Assembly: GCA_044376115.1 (NCBI GenBank)
Contig: JBILLK010000035.1
Location: 42,183-106,182 of the forward strand
DNA: 64,000 nt
Direction of reading: 5' to 3'
Source of the DNA: Polyangiaceae bacterium
GTDB lineage: Bacteria > Myxococcota_A > Polyangia > Polyangiales > Polyangiaceae
In this document: positions 59,349 to 64,000 of the stretch, piece after piece
Layout of the letters: the number at the start of each line of letters is the position of its first letter
Position numbering within the stretch: the first letter of the stretch is position 1
Program-made: the position numbers and the translations under genes
Notes under the pieces: model-generated
Told to the model about the DNA's origin: nothing
Database searches by the model: none
What the model saw: only the letters and a program-made list of their open reading frames with translations

Positions 59349-59933
59349 GTGACGAGTCGACGGTTCATCGAGCTCTTGTTGGTCGCAGGGTTGGCGGGCT
59401 GTTTGGAGGCCAAGGGCGCTGTGGATCCTGCGCTTGCGCCTCGGGATGTCGCCCTTCCCGACGGCATGGCGCTGCCGGAGACCTGTACGCCGAGCGGCGT
59501 GGAGCTGTGCTTCGACGCGACCGACAATAACTGCAACGGCCTCATCGATGAGGGCTGCGGTATCCACTCGGGGATCTTGCAGTTCGTGGCCAAGTGGGAT
59601 GATCCGCAGGCCGACGTCGAGCTCGAGGTAACCGACGCGAACGGTGACATCGCGGAGGTGCACAGTGCGACGTCGGCGGGGTTGTACAAGGAGCGCAACT
59701 GTCCTGAAGATCCGTTGTGCCAATACGCCCCGCTGGAGAACGTTTACCTGGTCGGCGCCGAGCCCGAGCCTGGGCGCTATCGCGTGGCTGTGCGGCTCAA
59801 TCGCTTGGGCGGCGCCATCCCGCCGCTGCGCGTGCACCTCGGTGTGCGCGTGGGCCAGCGCTCGTACAGCCTCGCCTTCGAGCTTTCGCCCGGGGCCAAG
59901 ACCAGCGAACGCGCCTTCGAATTTACGCTTTAG
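59349..59933 (+). CDS. Lipoprotein with MopE-like Cys repeat and YfaP/DUF2135-like domain
   Basis: LAGC lipobox; ELCFDATDNNCNGLIDEGC; WDDPQADVELEV, ENVY. Confidence 0.7.
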   Translation: MTSRRFIELLLVAGLAGCLEAKGAVDPALAPRDVALPDGMALPETCTPSGVELCFDATDNNCNGLIDEGCGIHSGILQFVAKWDDPQADVELEVTDANGDIAEVHSATSAGLYKERNCPEDPLCQYAPLENVYLVGAEPEPGRYRVAVRLNRLGGAIPPLRVHLGVRVGQRSYSLAFELSPGAKTSERAFEFTL

Positions 59934-59945
59934 AGCAAGCGCTAG

Positions 59946-61613
59946 TCAGCGCTTAGGCTCGAGATCGTTGCGGAAGAACAGGTCGAAGTCGCCGATCGTC
60001 GTCTCGTAGTCGTAGTTCGACTCGAGCAGATCCGCGAGGGCAGGGAACTTGTAGAGCGCCCTCGCGGAGTCGTCGTTGTTGCCGGTGACTTGCGCAAAGA
60101 CGTCGCGATGCTCGACCACGATCACGAGCGGCGGCTTCACCGCGAGCTCCTTCATCAATGCGGCCTGCATCGGCTCATGCGACCACTCTGCGCGCTGCGG
60201 TACGTTGTAGATATAGCGGCTCGAGAGCGGCCTCTCCGCGAGGTCGTAGATGATGCATTCGAAGCCCCAAACGAAGATGGGCTCGGCCTCACGCCCCGCG
60301 GTGCGCTGCTTGATGTATTCGGCGACCGCCCGGTTCTCCCCGGCGTTGACGTCGGCCACGCTGGCCAGCTCGTCCCATTGCGCGGTCGTGCCGTTGCGCG
60401 TCGCGAGGTGGAGCCGCAGCTGCGAACGCTCGATGAAGGTGTCTCCGAAGCTGGGCACCGGATATCGAAGGATGAACGCGATCGCGAGCACTAGGGCCAG
60501 CGCCCCTCGACCGAAGAGGCCCCAATGTTTTAGCCCCTGCCACGCGCGCACAATCCCCAGGCCGGCGAGCATCGCCGTCAGCGGGAAGGTCGCTCCCCAG
60601 TGATAGGGAAAGAACTTCCCCTGCAGCACGATGCCCGAGACATGCACGAAGATGCAGCCGAGGAGCACCAACACGAACGGGACCTGCTTTCGTTCGGGGC
60701 GAGCTACGGCCAAGCAGATCATCCCGGCCAGCAAGATTCCGGAATAGCCGGTAAGCCACTCGGTTAGCCCGTAGTAGATCATCCCGGTCGTGCTCACGCC
60801 TACCCAGCTCAGCTTCGTATAGAAGGGCGTAAACACGAACAGCACCTCTCGCAGATCGGCCAGGGCGCCAGTGGCGCTAAACCATAATCCGGTAAGGACG
60901 ATCGGCGTAGCTCCACCAACCGCTGTCAGCAGCAGTGGCTTGACGACGTCCAACCACGAGTCGGCTGAGCCAGCGCGTTTGGCCGACCACAGCGCGACTG
61001 CGCCCGCCAAGGCTGGAATCGCGCCGGCGCCAGCGAGCGGCGGCTTCATCAAGCCGGCCACGCCGAAGAAGATGCCGCAGGCGAGCCAGCGCACGAGCGG
61101 GCTGCGCCAGCGTGCTACCGCCGTATCCCGCTCGGCACCGAGCGGGGCCAAGAGCAGCCCCAACAAGGTGATCGTCGCACCGAAGCTCTCTGGTTGTGCG
61201 GTGTGCCAGAAGTCGAGTTGGGCGTGCACCTGGCTGGCCAGCGCAGCTGCGAGGTAGCCCGCGTTTGCGCCGCCAAAGTGCCGCTTGCTCAGCTTCACCA
61301 TCGCCCACGCCGAGCCGATCATACTGGCCGCCTCGAGCAGCCGAATCCCCGTTTGATCCGCGCCGAACAGCGCCCGCGAAAAGGCGTACACCAAGAAGAT
61401 GCCCGGCGGCTTGAAGTCGAAGGCGTCACGGTAGGGCATCCCGCCGTTCAGCATCTCCCGCGCGACCAGCGCATAAATCGACTGATCCCGCCCGTAGTCG
61501 AAGGAGCTCACGAGCAAGGCTGAAAGCAGCACGACCAAGCCTGCGCCGATCTGCAGCGGACGGTTGGTCGGCGCTTTCGAAGCGGAGGTCTCGCGATTGC
61601 CCGGGCTTGTCAC
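59946..61613 (-). CDS. GT-C (ArnT/PMT-like) membrane glycosyltransferase
   Basis: RDQSIY, PYRDAFDFKPPG, AQPESF, FFPYHW, IFVWG. Confidence 0.8.
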   Translation of the reverse strand: MTSPGNRETSASKAPTNRPLQIGAGLVVLLSALLVSSFDYGRDQSIYALVAREMLNGGMPYRDAFDFKPPGIFLVYAFSRALFGADQTGIRLLEAASMIGSAWAMVKLSKRHFGGANAGYLAAALASQVHAQLDFWHTAQPESFGATITLLGLLLAPLGAERDTAVARWRSPLVRWLACGIFFGVAGLMKPPLAGAGAIPALAGAVALWSAKRAGSADSWLDVVKPLLLTAVGGATPIVLTGLWFSATGALADLREVLFVFTPFYTKLSWVGVSTTGMIYYGLTEWLTGYSGILLAGMICLAVARPERKQVPFVLVLLGCIFVHVSGIVLQGKFFPYHWGATFPLTAMLAGLGIVRAWQGLKHWGLFGRGALALVLAIAFILRYPVPSFGDTFIERSQLRLHLATRNGTTAQWDELASVADVNAGENRAVAEYIKQRTAGREAEPIFVWGFECIIYDLAERPLSSRYIYNVPQRAEWSHEPMQAALMKELAVKPPLVIVVEHRDVFAQVTGNNDDSARALYKFPALADLLESNYDYETTIGDFDLFFRNDLEPKR

Positions 61614-61688
61614 CGGGCCTCCTTAGCACGATGGCGCGTGACCGGAAGCTGACACCCGCGCTCTCCAGGCTGCGCTAACGCTAAAAGA

Positions 61689-62804
61689 ATGCGAGTCCTT
61701 GCTGTCGTCAATGAGAGGGCGCGTCGAGGTGGAGCCAATGTTGCCCGCGTGATTCGGTCCCTGTTACCGAACGCGCAGGTCGAGCTCACGCGCAGCCTCG
61801 AAGAGCTGACTTCGCTTGCGAAGAGCCTTGCAGGCGAGTCACCAAGTTTGATTCTGGTCGCGGGTGGGGACGGTTCGGCGGCGGCGCTGCTCAATGCGCT
61901 CAAGGCCACCCGCCGCGCCGAGGTCCCGCGTTCGCTCGGGCGGCTGGCCTTGCTCAAGCTGGGCACCGGTAACGGCTGGGCGAACTCGGTGGGGGCGCCG
62001 GCGTTCGAGTTCTCGCTCACGCGCTTGCGGCGGGCGATCGAGCGGGAGCAGAGCTTGCCGTTCCGACGCTTCGACCTGCTCGAGGTCGAGGGGCTGATTG
62101 CGCAGTTTGCCGGCACTGGTTGGGACGCCGAGCTGATCGACGATTTCCACGCACAGAAGACCGAGCCCAGCTTGTTGCCACGGCGAGTGCGGCAAGGGCT
62201 GTTTGGCTATCTCAACGGCCTGTTCACGCGCGCGGTTCCGCGCAGCCTTTCGCTGCCCCGCGTCGAGGTGGAGGTGGAGAACCTCGGCGGGCCAGCGATG
62301 GCGGTGAACTCAGCGGGCGCCGCTTATGAGCTCGCTGAGACGCAAGCCGGTGGTTCGCGCGCGCAGGTCTATTCGGGCCCGGTCAGCGTGTGCTCGGTCG
62401 GGACGAGTCAAGAGTGGGGCTTTCGCTTTCGCGCCTTTCCCTTCGCCGAGACGGTGCCGGGGACCTTCAACCTGCGCATGTACGTAGGCGGTCCGATCGG
62501 TGCCTTGGCCCGAGTTCCAGCCATTTGGAGCGGTCATCACCCGGTCTCCAACATGCACAATTTTTTGCTGCAACGCTGTGAGGTGCGCTTCTCTCGCGCC
62601 GTGCCGCTGCAGGCCGGCGGCGATCTGATCGGCCACCGCGACAAGGTGCAGTACAGCGTCGCCCGCGAGACGGTCGAGGTGCTCGATTGGTCGCGGCTGA
62701 TCGTTCCCGAGCTCGCAGGTACACCGTGGTCCACGGTCGCGCCCACCGCGCTCGCCAGCCTGTCCAAATTGGTGCCCCCAACGCTAGGACGATTCGTGTC
62801 CTAG
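61689..62804 (+). CDS. Diacylglycerol kinase family lipid kinase
   Basis: VVNERA, AGGDGS, LGTGNGWA, GTGWDA, LQAGGD. Confidence 0.85.
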   Translation: MRVLAVVNERARRGGANVARVIRSLLPNAQVELTRSLEELTSLAKSLAGESPSLILVAGGDGSAAALLNALKATRRAEVPRSLGRLALLKLGTGNGWANSVGAPAFEFSLTRLRRAIEREQSLPFRRFDLLEVEGLIAQFAGTGWDAELIDDFHAQKTEPSLLPRRVRQGLFGYLNGLFTRAVPRSLSLPRVEVEVENLGGPAMAVNSAGAAYELAETQAGGSRAQVYSGPVSVCSVGTSQEWGFRFRAFPFAETVPGTFNLRMYVGGPIGALARVPAIWSGHHPVSNMHNFLLQRCEVRFSRAVPLQAGGDLIGHRDKVQYSVARETVEVLDWSRLIVPELAGTPWSTVAPTALASLSKLVPPTLGRFVS

Positions 62805-62855
62805 CCCGCGCAATTGATCCTTCGGAAAGGCTGAGAACGCCACTAGTCTCCTTTC

Positions 62856-63893
62856 GTGGCTCTCCCTCGTTCGTTCAAATTGCTAGCTGCTGAACTCGAG
62901 CGTTCTTCACGCGCCGTGGTGCCCATCTTGGGCTCTGGCTTCGTCACCCAGGCTGCGTTTTCGGGCGCGGCCTTGTTTCCTCCTGCGCGTGGAGAAAAGT
63001 CGCCCGCGCCGGTCGATTGGATCTCGTTGCTCAAGGGCGTCGCTTCGGAGTTCGAGTGCGGCGCGGCGACGGGCCACATTCACGCTGACGTCCCCGGCCA
63101 AACCACGCTGCTTTGGGACGCGATGGTCGCTGAGTTGGCCGGCCGGCCCACGGCGGACGTGAGCGCTCGCGGTGCTCGCAAAGCGGCGCACGTCTGGGAG
63201 TCGAAGATGCGGCGCAGTGTCGCTCGGCGCCTGCGTGAGGACGTCGCCACGGTCGAGCGCTCGCGGCCCTTCGTGGAGTCCTTCTTGCGGCTCGGCTGGG
63301 ATGACGTGCTCTCCTTCAATTTCGACAGCGTGCTGCTCCCGCCCAAGGTGCGTCCGGTGCATCTCGAGCTGGGGGCGGCCAAGCGCGCTTCGCTTGTCGC
63401 TTCGGTGGGTAAGACGCGGGTTTGGTATCCCCACGGCCACCTTTCGGAGCCGGACAGCATCGTGCTCGGTGCTCACGCTTACGGCGTTCGGATCGCGGCG
63501 ATGCAAGCGGCCTTTGAGAAGCATGCGCGGCTGGCCGCGCCGCGCCCCACGCAAGACTTTTCGAGTTGGGTGGCGCTGCTGCTCGAGCGGCCGCTTTTGT
63601 TCGTTGGGCTCTCGCTCACGCGCGAAGAGTGGACTCTGTGGTGGCTCTTGTCGCAGCGCGCGCGCTTCCTTGCGCGGCGTCCAGCGCGCGTGGAGGGAGC
63701 GCTGGTTCGCAACGCGCGGCCGGGCGCCTATGTGTTTGCGCGTCGCCCTGCTTCGTCGGACCGGCTGGAGGCGCACGCAGCGTTTCAGACTTTGTCGCGC
63801 GCTTGCGATTTGCTGGGGCTGACGTTGCTTAGCTTTGACGACTTTGCCTCGGGGTGGAAGTTGTTGCGCGCGGCGCTTGGTTGGCCGGAGTAG
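62856..63893 (+). CDS. SIR2-like (SIR2_2) domain protein
   Basis: VVPILGSGF, LSFNFD, YPHGHL..DSIVLG, PLLFVGLSL. Confidence 0.75.
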   Translation: MALPRSFKLLAAELERSSRAVVPILGSGFVTQAAFSGAALFPPARGEKSPAPVDWISLLKGVASEFECGAATGHIHADVPGQTTLLWDAMVAELAGRPTADVSARGARKAAHVWESKMRRSVARRLREDVATVERSRPFVESFLRLGWDDVLSFNFDSVLLPPKVRPVHLELGAAKRASLVASVGKTRVWYPHGHLSEPDSIVLGAHAYGVRIAAMQAAFEKHARLAAPRPTQDFSSWVALLLERPLLFVGLSLTREEWTLWWLLSQRARFLARRPARVEGALVRNARPGAYVFARRPASSDRLEAHAAFQTLSRACDLLGLTLLSFDDFASGWKLLRAALGWPE

Positions 63894-64000
63894 AGGCGAG
63901 AGGCGAGAGGCGAGAGGCGAGAGGCGAGAGGCGAGAGGCGAGAGGCGAGAGGCGAGAGGCGAGAGGCGAGAGGCGAGAGGCGAGAGGCGAGAGGCGAGAG
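63892..64000 (+). repeat. Perfect heptamer tandem repeat (AGAGGCG)n, at least 15 copies, running off the window
   Basis: Starts inside the stop codon of the SIR2-like gene. Confidence 0.95.

Noticed and set aside
1..64000. Many long antisense or alternative-frame ORFs (e.g. 9868-11109, 40776-41942, 51678-52928)
   Set aside because: Shadow ORFs typical of high-GC DNA; Arg/Ala-rich, motif-free, and overlapping well-supported genes.

Overview
High-GC window, most likely from a myxobacterium (Polyangiaceae-like). This is inferred from the many LxxC lipoproteins with Gly/Ser linkers, the Hanks kinases, an FHA-sigma54 activator, a Uma2 nuclease and an AgmX/PglI protein. About 56 CDS are supportable. 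No rRNA, tRNA, CRISPR array, integrase or transposase is visible. The centre (25.9-40 kb) is the most interesting part: an orphan T6SS spike cassette on the minus strand (short vgrG, separate putative needle gene, DUF2169-pentapeptide, pentapeptide, DUF3540, PAAR-like DUF4150 fused to an S41 protease). A good -24/-12 sigma54 promoter precedes vgrG. The cassette is divergent from a Ser/Thr kinase + FHA-AAA+-Fis operon, and the same TGTATC-box palindrome lies upstream of each operon. Between the two palindromes is a 1.5-kb repeat island: an 8-unit TCTGTAC array with 21-22 bp period abutting a truncated helical-protein gene, twin hairpins and hexamer repeats. Elsewhere there is a ~145-bp inversion inside a lipoprotein gene, a frameshifted kinase, a promoterless gene junction, a REP-like repeat with covarying GNA-triloop hairpins, a small wecB/GT/flippase/methyltransferase cluster, and a SIR2-like gene followed by an (AGAGGCG)n tract. 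Family calls come from motif recognition by eye; no database searches were run.
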